Assembly: GCF_006345805.1 (NCBI RefSeq)
Contig: NC_043009.1
Span: forward strand, 26,040,001 to 26,104,000
DNA: 64,000 bases
Direction of reading: 5' to 3'
From: Octopus sinensis
Taxonomy: Eukaryota
The translations under genes and the position numbers were made by a program. Shown in pieces: positions 52,481 to 64,000 of this stretch (the stretch's first letter is position 1; every line of letters starts with the position of its first letter). A model generated the notes under the pieces. That model was not told where the DNA came from and searched no databases. It saw only the letters and a list, made by a program, of their open reading frames with translations.

Positions 52481-52604
52481 GACAAAAAAAAGAATCAACA
52501 TTTTTTGTGCCACTTAAACGTGAGATATCACGTGGCTTACACATAATCAAATTATGAACCGGCACGGCAATTGAAGCCCTCCTGAAATGTGAAATATTAC
52601 ATAC

Positions 52605-52702
52605 CTCATACGTTATGAAAATATCAGTGCAAACGTTATTTAAGCGCGTACAAGAGCGTACAATCAGTGATTGATTTAAACAGTACTTTGGACATAGTGT
52701 AC
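52605..52702 (-). CDS. Candidate cysteine-rich exon (TNFR-CRD-like spacing), phase 1 to 0
   Basis: ccgttttcaag|GT...TATGAG|gtatgt; one fully open frame xTLCPKYCLNQSLIVRSCTRLNNVCTDIFITYE. Confidence 0.3.
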
Positions 52703-53499
52703 CTTGAAAACGGATAAGTCCTCTAGTGGTGAGCCTCCTGAGATGTAAAGTATTACGTGGTTCACATGCTTTCGAACTATCAGGTAATACGTTAATTTAA
52801 GCACGAGCGCGAGCAATGTATGTCTAACGAATTCTTTTATCAGCCTTCAGTAATTGGTTCAAGCAATATTCTGGATATACTGTACTTTGAAGACGCATAA
52901 GCGTACAACGATGGGTTTCCTGAAATTTTAAATATTAGTCTGCTCGTACATAATTAAATTATCAAACAGCACAGTCATTTGAATACGTTAATTTACTGCT
53001 AGAAATATACCAGAAGAAAGATTTGGTAGATTATACCTAACTTTAAAGAGAACATAGCTTTTGGCCTAAGGACGAAAGTATATTAAAAGCAGTTCTTATA
53101 AATAGGAAGATACATCAACCTGCCTGCCATTAAGTCTATCCTAATGCTGAAATGAAATTTTATTTCATTTGTCTATCATTTTATCGCTCAGGATTGGTCT
53201 ATGCAGAATTCGTATAATTGATTGATGGTTTCACATGCAAACCGCGTTTGAGCATGGTAAATTAATTCCGGTCATATCTGCATATAAACTTGCAGAAAGC
53301 AATAATTCTAGCTGCACATATATTCTACGATTAACGTGTCTATTTCTACACAAAAATAAAGCATCATAAGAAAATTTGAAGGATTTAATTAAACCACGAA
53401 GTAAAAAGCGTTAGCATTAAAGAGAAGTTGTTTTCTGTAATTGAAAATCCGAAGCGTGTTCAAGACAGGAAAGTGTTTATGCATGAAGATAATAATAGT

Positions 53500-53533
53500 A
53501 ATAATAATGATAATAATAATAATAATAATAATA

Positions 53534-53606
<73 letters not shown>

Positions 53607-53765
53607 CGAAAAGAGAATTCCTGAAAAAGTATCGAGGCACTTTGTATTTCCGATGGTATATTTTTGGAAAACATCGATGAATTGATAAATGTATGATTGT
53701 ATGTATGTATGTATGTATGTATGTATGTATGTATGTATGTATGTATGTATGTATGTATGTATGTT
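53500..53765. repeat. (TAA)n and (TATG)n microsatellites
   Basis: direct reading. Confidence 0.95.
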
Positions 53766-54821
53766 TGTTTGTATGTATGTGTGTATGTATGTATGTGTGC
53801 GTGCGCGAATGTATATGTATGCATGTACGTATGCATGTATGTATGTATACATGTATGTATATGTATACATGCATAGGTTTATATCTTTATATAAATGCAT
53901 AAATATACGTATAAGTACATGCACGTATACATATGTATACATGCATACACACAAATCACATACTACACACACATAGGTGCATACATACATACAGACAGAC
54001 AAACAGATTGATACATATATAGACATATAGAGATAGTTAAATAGATACATAGTTAGATAGATATCAGAAACAGTTGTAAGCTGTAGCTCTTATTTTTCTC
54101 ATTACCATATTTTTACCTTACCTCAGCTGATTCCTTCGCTACGATTTCTAAATTTTCCGAAATCCCTTCTATGATTCACAGGGTTAGGAAAGGCCGATGG
54201 CAATTAGTGTATTTTGAATGATGTTAATCATGTGAGAGATAAATCACTGGATGAGACACGGGATTGTGAGAGATAACTTTCCCCGTAATAATTAGTATCT
54301 GTTCATGAAACCTATGAGTGTATCTCTTATGGGCGTTCTGTGTTACATAGCAAAAATAGATCAGTAGCAGACGAAGATAGTGCAACATCGGGGGCAAGAA
54401 TGTTAATGGCGCATTTCTGCTTCTTTGTGGTTTTTCAATACTATGCATCCTCTGGCAACCGCATGCTAAGTCAAAATTCGCCGTAAATAAATAGTTATTT
54501 AAAAAAAAACTGATGCTGCAATTAGGGTGATTCTGCGTCCAGCTAATTGAAACTGCATTATATGCAACAGAAGCAGTATTAGGTCAAAATGTGCATCTGT
54601 ATAGCATATTTAAAGCAAAGATATCACGAAAGGCCAAATTAACTGCGTGTTTCGTTCAGCAATAATATTGCTTCTGAACACACTGTGTCAAACAACAGAA
54701 TTATATCAGCGGCAGACGAAAGCCCAAAGAGACCCTAGATGCAAACCTAACAATCTCTCTTCGGCTGTTGGACGATTTGGGCTCTATTGCATGTCACGGA
54801 TATCTTAAAAGGAATCAACTG

Positions 54822-55023
54822 TCTTTTATCTTTTACTTGTTTCAGTCATTTAGACTTCGACCGTGCGGGGAGGGGGGCGCCTTGAAGATTCTTTTAGTCG
54901 AACGAAGCAACCCCAGTACTTATTTTAAAGCCTGGTACGTATTCTATCGGACTCTTTTACCGATCCGCTGAGTTACGGGGAACCTAAACACATGAACACC
55001 AGTTGTGAAACGCTATCAGGAGT

Positions 55024-55075
<52 letters not shown>

Positions 55076-55562
55076 ACACACACACTCTCGCTCTCTCTCT
55101 CACACACAAACGTATATATATATATATATATATATAGAATGGTTGTATACTGTCAATCTAACGTGAACGTGACAGTAGGGGGTTACACCATCGCTGTTTA
55201 GCCCTAGGAAGCATCGACGCCTCCTGATGGCTTTGACACCAGCGGTGGTGTAACCCCCTACTGTCACGTTCACGTTAGATTGAGAGTATACAACCATTCG
55301 ATTGCCCCACCACCGTACATATGAGAGATTTAGAAATTTAATATTTCTGATATATATACATATATATATACACATGCATACACACACACACACAACACAC
55401 ACACACACACACACATACGACGAGCTTTGAGTTCCTTAATTGAAAGGCTTTAGTCGGCCCGAGGCTATAGTTGACGATACTTGTCCAAAGTACCACTCAG
55501 TGGGACTGAACTCGGAACCATGTGGTTGGGAAGCAAGCTTACCACACAGCCACGGCTACGCT
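54822..55562 (-). mobile_element. SINE-A split by microsatellites and a palindromic insert
   Basis: 3' half 54822-55030 and 5' half 55405-55562. Confidence 0.82.
55137..55299. repeat. 163-nt fold-back palindrome
   Basis: GAATGGTTGTATACTGTCAATCTAACGTGAACGTGACAGTAGGGGGTTACACCATCGCTG paired with CAGCGGTGGTGTAACCCCCTACTGTCACGTTCACGTTAGATTGAGAGTATACAACCATTC. Confidence 0.93.
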
Positions 55563-56029
55563 TGTAATATTTTTTTTCTTTTTACATTACGCTACAATTA
55601 TGTGGACGAGATCTATTTAAGCCTGGGTATCAGAGATTCTAAATGGGGGGAAAATACGTGTAGAATATTTTTAAGTAATGGACAATTCAGTTTTACAGTT
55701 TTACTTTCACGAATATTATGGGGCATTAATGCCTAAAAAATAGGATTTAATCTAAATTTACAATCTTGGTGTCTAATGGTTGATTGTAGTCACTTTGTTG
55801 ATGGCCATCAAAGATTAGATATAAAAACTAGTGAAAGAAATAAGACAAAACATTTAGCACTCTACTAAAATTCACAACGGCACAAATGAAACCAGATTTG
55901 TGTGTATGATAAGGTCGTCATTACAATACAGCAACGCAACGGTCTGTGACGTCACCACCACAAGTCATGTACTGTGGGCTGCGGCCTTGGCCTCAAGTAT
56001 GGCCGCCTGTTTATTCGAAATCTCAGGAT

Positions 56030-56311
56030 CTTAAACGTTTCTGTATATTTTCTTATTTCTTTTAATTTTTATCTTCTACTTGTGACAGTCATTAGACTTC
56101 GGGCCATATTGGAGCACCGCCTTCAAGGCTTTTGTTCAATAAATCTGCCCAACTACTTTTTTCCCCCTTTGAGCCCAGTACTTATTTATCGTTTTTTTTT
56201 CTGTCGAATCGCTAAGTTACTAGAACGTAAATAAACCAACACCAATTGTGAAGAAGCAGCGCCAGCGGGTGCGGCGGCGGCAGTGGTGGTAGTGGTGGTG
56301 GTGAGTAAACA

Positions 56312-56347
<36 letters not shown>

Positions 56348-56470
56348 AAATAAACACACATATACACGACGGGTTTCTTTTAGTTTCCGCCTACCAAATC
56401 CACTTACAATGTTTTGGCTGACTCGTCGCTATAGTGGTAGAAAATACTTACCCAAGGTGCCACACAATAT
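56030..56470 (-). mobile_element. SINE-A, diverged
   Basis: CAGTCATTAGACTTCGGGCCATATTGGAGCACCGCC tail region and CCCAAGGTGCCAC CORE-like segment. Confidence 0.75.
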
Positions 56471-56725
56471 CTTATAACTGTTTTTATACGTGTTTGTGAG
56501 TGTGTGTGTGTGTGTATTTCAAGGCGGTGCCCCAGCATGGCCACAGTCTAATGACTGAAACAAGTAAAAGCTAAAAGATTTCATTTATACTTTTCACATA
56601 CTCCTGTTCGTTCTAATTTAATAATATTGTAAAAACGGTATAATTACTAGACGTCACTTTCCTTTTCTATTGATCTGTCCCGCCACAATCGGTTATTGAT
56701 TTTTACTTTAATAACTTCTATAAGT

Positions 56726-56760
<35 letters not shown>

Positions 56761-57935
56761 GGTCGTGGGGGTGGGTGTAAAGAGATGTTTCTATTTTTTC
56801 ACCAGAATTCATTTAGCTATAAATAACTGGGTCAATAAATCGGAAATCAGATGAAGGAATTGTCACGTTCTGCTAGTGGAACAAATAACAGCACTAATAA
56901 TAGCGAAAATGATGATGATGATGAGGATGGTGGTGGTGGTGGTGGTGTTGGTGGTGCTGGTGGTGAGGAGCAGGAGGAGGAGGAGAAGAAAGAACATAAT
57001 AAAGACGATGGCAATAATAACAGTAATAATAATGACGACGACGATGACAATAATCATAACACCGAATAAAAGGAAAGAAACAATGTATAATTCCAATAAG
57101 ATCAATAGGATATTTCTTTCCGAGATAAACGAATAAAAGAGAAAATAAGAGCATTAATAAAATGGCGGAAAGTACTAAAACGTTGGACAATGTGAGGTTT
57201 CGCCATGTTGCTTAATTTTTTTGTTTTATTTTATTATTTGTGGTTGTAGTTATTTTCGTTAGTCTCTGTTTTGTTTTGTTTTTCTTTTTTTTTCTTTTTT
57301 ACTCTTTTAATTACAAATTGATCTTATCTAATTATAAAATAAATGTTTTAAAAGGTTAGCAAGCCAGATATAACCAAGAATAGTCGATAGTTTTCTTTTT
57401 TTTTTTTTTGCTTCATATTTATATTAATGATTATTTCAACTACTAATGTTAATAGGCAAAGCAGATTTCGACCGGCTTAATGAACAAATAAATAAATAAA
57501 TGCAAGATTTTTAAAAAATCAAGCAAAATATATAGAAAATAGAACTAAAAATTGTTTTTTAAATTACTTGGAAATTGAAATAAGCTGTCTGTAATGTTGA
57601 TTGTCAATGTAAAGGTGAGGATGTCTCGGTTCCAAGGTAAACTAGTCACGGTTCAAAGATGAAACATAGTCTCGTGTTGCAGTTATTAAAGCAAACAGTG
57701 GCATTATATACAGAGTGATAGAGTCACACAGTGTTGTTTGCTCTCTTGAGTAGTCGGACCTTCGTTTAAAAAAACCTATAGCTTGATGACTACTCGCTAA
57801 GTAGAGGAGGTGTTTGCTTCCAGAATCCTCTCACAACAATGTTTAACAGATGTGTGCGCGAGCATATATGAGTGTGCGTTTGTGAGTGTGGTGTGTGTGT
57901 GTGTGTGTGTGTGTGTGTTTCTGCGTGTGCATGTT

Positions 57936-58029
<94 letters not shown>

Positions 58030-58037
58030 GTATGCAT

Positions 58038-58655
58038 GCACGTAGCTGTGTGGTGAGAAGCTTGCTTCCTAATCACCTTGTACCGGGTCCAGTCCCGCTG
58101 CATGGCACCATGAGCAAGTGTCTTCTACTGTAACCTCGAGCCAACCAAAGCCTTATGAATGGATTTGGTAGACGGAAACTGAAAGAAGCCTGCCTTATAT
58201 ATATATATATATAATATATATATATACATGTGTATGTTTGTGTGTCTGTGTTTGTCCCCCACTGTCGCTTAACAATCGTTGTTGGTATGTATATGTCCCC
58301 GTTACTTAGCGGTTCATCAAAAGACACCGATAGAATAACTACTAGGCTTAGAAAGAATAAGTCCTTTCTTCGACTAAGGGCGGTGTTCCAGCATAGCCGC
58401 AGGTAAATGACTAAAACAAGTAAAAGAATAAAACAATAAAAGAATATATGTATATATCTATATATCTTTGTGTCTGTGTTTGTCTCTCCCATCACCGCTT
58501 GAAAACCGGTGTTGTTGTGTTTACGTTCCCGTAACTTAGTACACAAGTCTTAAAAAATCAAGTCCTGGGGTCGATTTGTTCCACTAAAACCCTTCAAAGC
58601 GGTGCTCCAGCATAGCCGAGTCAGATGACTGAAACAAGTAATAATGAATAAAAGA
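58038..58655 (+). mobile_element. SINE-A with duplicated 3' half
   Basis: one head followed by two successive microsatellite+tail modules. Confidence 0.82.
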
Positions 58656-59030
58656 ATATATATATGTACATGTATTAATAAATAATTAAGGGAACTAACA
58701 AGTTGTTCCGGCATGCACTGATGAGATGTATAATCTTTTTAACCCTGGGTCAGTATGACTCGCCGAACATGAACTATGGGCTTTTCGCAAAGCGCGAAAT
58801 CACAGTGATACGGGTATATCTGACTTTTTCAATTATCGATTATTTTCCTCATTGGTACGGGGTTTAGAATTTTTATTCATTTGCGCGCTTTCACCTTTGT
58901 GCTTAACTAAAAATTTGTGGTTTGGTCATTTTGACTACTATTTTTAGCATACTGGTATTACACATGCTAAGCCACTAATATTGTTATAAACAATAATATC
59001 CTCATATATATTTATATGTTCATATAAATA

Positions 59031-59212
59031 GAAGTGGCTGTGTGGTAAGTAGCTTGCTTACCAACCATGTGGTTCCGGGTTCAGTCCCACTGCGTGGCAC
59101 CTTGGGCAAGTGTCTTCTACTTAGCCTCGGGCCGACCAAAGCCTTGTGAGTGGATTTGGTAGACGGAAACTGAATGAAGCCTGTCGTATATATGTATATA
59201 TTCATATATATG

Positions 59213-59245
<33 letters not shown>

Positions 59246-59432
59246 ATGTGTGTGTGTATGTTTGTGTGTCTGTGTTTGTCTCCCCAACATCACTTGACAA
59301 CCGATGCTAGTGTGTTTACGTCCCAGTAACTTAGCGGTTCGGTAAAAGAATAAGTCCTGGGGTCGATTTGCTCGACTAAAGGCGATGCTCCAGCATGGCG
59401 ACAGTCAAATGACTGAAACGTATAAAAGAGCA
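59031..59432 (+). mobile_element. SINE-A, near consensus
   Basis: all modules intact. Confidence 0.92.
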
Positions 59433-59482
59433 AAAAGAGTACTGTGTGCGCGCGCGTGCGTATACATACAGTCTGCTCGTTA

Positions 59483-59705
59483 AACTAAGGTGCAAGTGGT
59501 TGAGTACTCCACAGACATGCGTACCTTTAACGTAGTTTTAAAGAAGATTCAGAGCGATACATCATGTGATATGGTTGGCCCTTTGGATTACAGGCACAGC
59601 TCCTTTTTGCTAGCTGAGTGGACTGGAGCAACATGGAATAAAGTGTCTCGCTCTAGGACACAACGCGCCGCGAGGAATCGAGATCACAACGTTACAATCG
59701 TGAGT
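59483..59705 (-). mobile_element. SINE-C, partial
   Basis: homologous to 19640-19860. Confidence 0.8.
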
Positions 59706-60489
59706 GGTACAGGGTGCTTTCTAGAACTTGTGCGACTTTTATAGGAGAGGCGATAATAACTGTCCTAGATTATTGCAATTTTAGTATATGATTACTATAT
59801 ATCTAATAAGTTGACCTGCCACATTTTATCGTTCAAAATTGAATAAGGCGGCACTAGCATTTTGAACACACCCTGTTAAACACTACTCTTCATAGATCAC
59901 TAATGTGCAGAGAGCAGTCGGAACGTTTCGATGCTCACTGAGCAATAAATCTTTTGTTAAATCGGACAAAGACTCTATACGAATAATAATAGCAATAATA
60001 ATACGGGTAACAATACAGATGGCACAGTAATAAAAAAGAAAAGCACTATGGACAGGGATAAAAATGAAAGTGGTGACCTTAGAAATAACAGCAACTACCT
60101 CTTTTGTGAATATCACGGCTGCTTTGGAAACTATGATTGTTGAGAGTGTATGAAAGAGAAATGGAAAGCAATCTCTTTCGAAATTGTATGCTGTTTGCTT
60201 TTTACTTTCTGTTTTCCTGAAAAAGTCCACATAGGGATTACTGAAGCTACAGTTATGGAAGACATCATAAGAACAATTTTGAAAACTGAAAAACGAAAAA
60301 AAAATTATTATTATATTCTTTGATATCCACTTCTCGTGTTTTCTCCTTTAGAAGTTGTTAAGCATCTTTTTATCTTTACATCAAGAAGTTGGACGTGCTT
60401 TAGGAAGTGTAGAATGGTCCTTGAGAAAATTCTAGTTTGAGATGCAACACATCATCATCATCATAATCATCATCATCATCGTTGTCGTC

Positions 60490-60523
<34 letters not shown>

Positions 60524-60639
60524 ACAACAACAACAACAGCAACAACAATACAACAATAATAATAATGATAATAATAGTAGTAATAATTCTCTCCTATCGA
60601 AGGAGTCCAAAGAATGGACCTTTATCTACGTGACTATAC

Positions 60640-60960
60640 CTGAAGACCTAAATATTGTGTAGACAGAGGTCAAGAAAGTCGAAAAGTACCAAGACCTAAC
60701 ATTGGAAGTGAAACGCGTCCTTAGATCCTCGAAAGTGAATATGGTACCGATTGTGATCGGAGCTCTTAGGACCACCCCCAAGAAAGTAATATTCTGGCAT
60801 CAAAAGCTGCTAATACCAAACTTCATAAGAAGTACTCAGTTTGCAGCAATACTTGGAAAGACTCATGTTTTGAGAAAGGTGTTGCGTCTCTAAGCCATGG
60901 GAAGGGAGTAGAGACGAGACATGGGTAACTCAGAATAAATTAGGTTGTAATAATGATACT
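60640..60960 (+). mobile_element. R4/Dong 3' fragment (restriction-like endonuclease C-terminus), second subfamily
   Basis: IPEDLNIV*TEVKKVEKYQDLTLEVKRV...KVNMVPIVIGALRTTPK...ILGKTHVLRKVL; preceded by (ATC/AAC/AAT)n. Confidence 0.85.
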
Positions 60961-60964
60961 CCTT

Positions 60965-61085
60965 TCTACTATTGGCACAAGGCCTGAAATTTTGTGGGAG
61001 GGAGCAGCCGATTTCATCAACCTCAGTGCTAAAATGGTACTTATTTCACCAACTCCGAAAGGATGAAAGGCAATGTCGACCTCAA
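60965..61085 (-). mobile_element. SINE-D, 3' part
   Basis: GGCACAAGGCCTGAAATTTT...CCGAAAGGATGAAAGGCAATGTCGACCTC. Confidence 0.8.
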
Positions 61086-61202
61086 CAATATCAACGATGT
61101 AATCGATAGGACGATGGAGCTCTTACGCTGTCCTTTGTTTTGTTTGTTGCAGAAACCGCGTTTTACTGGAAAATCAAGAAAGACATATTGGACAAAATAA
61201 TC

Positions 61203-61551
61203 TTTGAAGTAAAGATTGTTTGCCAACATAACATGGCAGTCCTGGTTAAGGACGAATGTTGCTCAATGTCGCCCCACGAAACATCGTCTCCAGCTGGCTG
61301 TACGACACGATCTGTGTCCTTATATTTTCGAACAAGGGAATCTAGCACCACCACTCAGCTCAAAACAATATCTGTGTATCGCGATATTGTTTTGAGCTGA
61401 GTGGGGAGTACTAGATTCCCTTGTTCGAAAATATAAGGACGCAAATAGTGTCGTATAGCCAGCTGGAGACGATGCTTCGTGGGGCTAAATTAGAACATTC
61501 GCCATAAACCAGGGTTGCCATGTTATGTTGGCAAACAATTTTTACTCCAAA
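61203..61551. repeat. About 350-bp fold-back palindrome (arms about 170 bp, 10-nt loop); MITE-like
   Basis: arms 61203-61372 and 61383-61551 are reverse complements, e.g. CCTTATATTTTCGAACAAGGGAATCTAG / CTAGATTCCCTTGTTCGAAAATATAAGG. Confidence 0.93.
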
Positions 61552-62022
61552 GTACTGTGGCTGAATATCTCTCGTTGTGAGATTTAAAAATAGTAATTTT
61601 CTAAAACAATCTTTGTTATATAGACAGACGAGATGGTCACGCTCAGGATGAATTTGATCATATAAGTGCTCCGACGTTAAATAATACCCACAACAGTAAC
61701 AACATCATATAAACCAAGCTAACGAAAGAGCATCTCGATGCCAAATTTCCTTCAAATTAGAATCTTCATTTGTTTTTTTGTTTTGGAAGAGTGTATTACG
61801 TGGAGTATATATCGTGGACTTACAAGAAGCGTGGCGGTTTCGGTTTACGTGCCTTTGACTAAAGTACTACACGGTTTAATGCTGATCTCTATCTAAACAA
61901 CAACAGAAATAACAATAAGCAGATTCTAAGGACCTCTGTTGGCCGCCAGCAAAAGTACTTAACCCACACTGGTTTGTTCTCCGTTGAGAATTATGACTTC
62001 AGTCTCGGTGGTAGTAGGATTA

Positions 62023-62362
62023 ACTACGGCACTCCGTCGGTTACGACGACGATGGTACCAGTTGGTCGAATTGAGCACTCCACAAATACGTCTACCTTAA
62101 TGTAGTTCTCGGGGAGATTCAGCGTGGCACACAGAATGTGACAAGGCTGGCCCTTTGAAATACAGGTAGAAGAGAAACAGAAAGACAGTGTGAGAGAAAG
62201 TTGTGAAAGAGTACAGCAGGATTTGCCACCCCCCTACCGGAGCCTCGTGGAACTTTTAAGTGCTTTTGCTCAATAAACACTCACAACATCCGGTCTGGGA
62301 ATCGAAACCGGGATTCTATGACCTCAAGTCTGCTGCCTTAACCATAGGCCATTGCGCCTCCA
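62023..62362 (-). mobile_element. Chimeric SINE: B head plus C tail, with perfect 11-bp TSD
   Basis: TAGTAGGATTA at 62012-62022 and 62363-62373; 62165-62362 is B-type and 62028-62165 is C-type. Confidence 0.88.
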
Positions 62363-62939
62363 TAGTAGGATTATCATTCAGTAAATGAATATTGTTGTAG
62401 TTATACAACTGCACTCCCTCTCTAAAACACATCCCTTCACAAACAGGTAATCCGCCGCTGCTGCCGCCGCCTTTGTTTTCCTTGTCCTTCTTTTTTCGAT
62501 TTCTTTCTCTATTGTTTTTTGCTCCTTTTATTTGTATCGATGTCTGCTGGAATGTCTGCGCAAGTTATATTTTAAACTCTACAGAACTTGCGAAGTTCAA
62601 ATTTTCACACTCTCTTTTTAGTATTGATTATTAAACATTGATTATTAAATAAAAACGTATTGCTGCTTATTTTTAATACTATTTATTATTTATTTTATAT
62701 CGAATTTTGAGAACAATAACCTTGTTTGGTGACAGATTTCTATAAGGCAAATGACAATTTCATTGCATTTTAAGATGGAACAAACACTATGAGTTTAAAA
62801 GATTATCAATTTAAAAGCCTTAGTTTATAGGTGTTTCTTTTATTTAAGCGGAAGCTTACATCTTTTGTTATTAAATTTTGACAGAAATTCTACGCATATA
62901 TACGCACATCTATCAATTTAGAGTATCCTGGGTATAACT

Positions 62940-63165
62940 GTGGAGGCACATGTCTTAGTGGTTAGGATGTTAGATTTATGATTTTAAGATTGTTGATTCA
63001 ATCCCCAGACCGGATGATGCGTAGTGTTCTTGAGCAAAACACTTCATTTTACATTGTTCTGTTCCAATCTGCTGATAAAAATGAGTGATCCTGCAGCGGA
63101 CCGTCGTCCCATCTTGGCAAGGATATAATATACACCAGAGAAACCGGAAAACCAACCCTATGCTC
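62940..63165 (+). mobile_element. SINE with C-type head and B tail type i
   Basis: TTCTTGAGCAAAACACTTCATTTTACATTG followed by CCTGCAGCGGACCGTCGTCCCATC, as at 9125-9150. Confidence 0.7.
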
Positions 63166-63954
63166 TTTACAGAGTGATGTGGAATAACCCAGGTGTAATT
63201 GTAGACTGCATCCGGTTGTGGGACTTTAATTTGGGAGTGTCAGGGTTTTAAGGGGAGGGGTACAACCATCTCTTTGATAAGCACTACTTTTCCCAGGTCA
63301 ATATATGACAGCTGGAAGGAGGAGGAGGCTGTACCCATACATGACCAGAGCAACGTGAAATGAAGCTCCTTGCTCAAAGACATATCGTACCATTGCTCCA
63401 TGATTTGAATCCACGACCTGTTGATCGGGTCTACAACACCTTAACAACTGGCCATATCCCTTAATTGTCACAAACACAGATACACAGACACGCACACGCA
63501 CGCACGACACACACACACACACATGTATGTATGTATGCGTGTATGTTTGAGAATACCGATGTAAAATGGCGTCCTTTTATAAAGGATGTTGACCAGGAGC
63601 CGACAAAAAAACAGACGACAATACACGTACCGCACTGAAATACTAGGAATCAATATGATCAATGGGACCCTAAAGAAAAGTGACCCCAGCATGGAGTAGA
63701 CACCCCAACATCCATTAACTGAATCCAATGCATAAAACAAGAAACTACATATATCGTAGAAAATACTATCGAATACATTATAAGCAAAACAGTAGCGCCA
63801 TCTAAGTTTTACTACGTACATGTGATGCGGATTATATTCGTAGTGTAGTAATTAAATGTCTTATGTCTTATGCTGTCTTATGTTAAAGAATAACATTTTG
63901 AAAATAAGAAAAACGTATCGCAAAAGAGAAATTTTAAAAATCGTTTTACAGATG

Positions 63955-64000
<46 letters not shown>

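Noticed and set aside
56851-57069. 72-aa acidic/Gly/Asn-rich ORF
   Set aside because: Built from GAT/GGT/GAG/AAT microsatellites, with no splice or homology support

Overview
AT-rich, extremely microsatellite-dense metazoan DNA, most likely a coleoid cephalopod (Octopus-like). The organism is inferred from the repeat landscape and not confirmed by a search. No long genuine ORF is present: nearly all entries in the ORF track are translations of simple repeats. The window is dominated by about 40 copies of four tRNA-derived SINE families (labelled A-D here), which swap heads and tails. It also holds decayed R4/Dong-type, CR1-type and Penelope-like retroelements, mariner and piggyBac-like DNA-transposon remnants, and several long fold-back palindromes. 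Best-supported unusual signals: (i) a minimal type-I hammerhead ribozyme motif in a Penelope-like terminal repeat (7829-7874, minus), with two degenerate relatives; (ii) a short internally deleted R4/Dong element in a TAA microsatellite; (iii) a chimeric SINE with a perfect 11-bp TSD; (iv) a 3' tail shared by SINE-A and CR1; (v) a palindromic mariner-derived MITE carrying a LINE fragment; (vi) five hairpins of 60-350 nt. A TATA+Inr promoter (18442/18471) and several phase-compatible candidate exons suggest host genes, but I could not identify any protein, so these calls are low confidence. One tandem duplication looks like a long-read assembly artefact, and a second may be. Repeat boundaries are read by eye and approximate (about 10-20 nt) unless a motif is quoted. 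I found no evidence for a wholly new protein-coding system.
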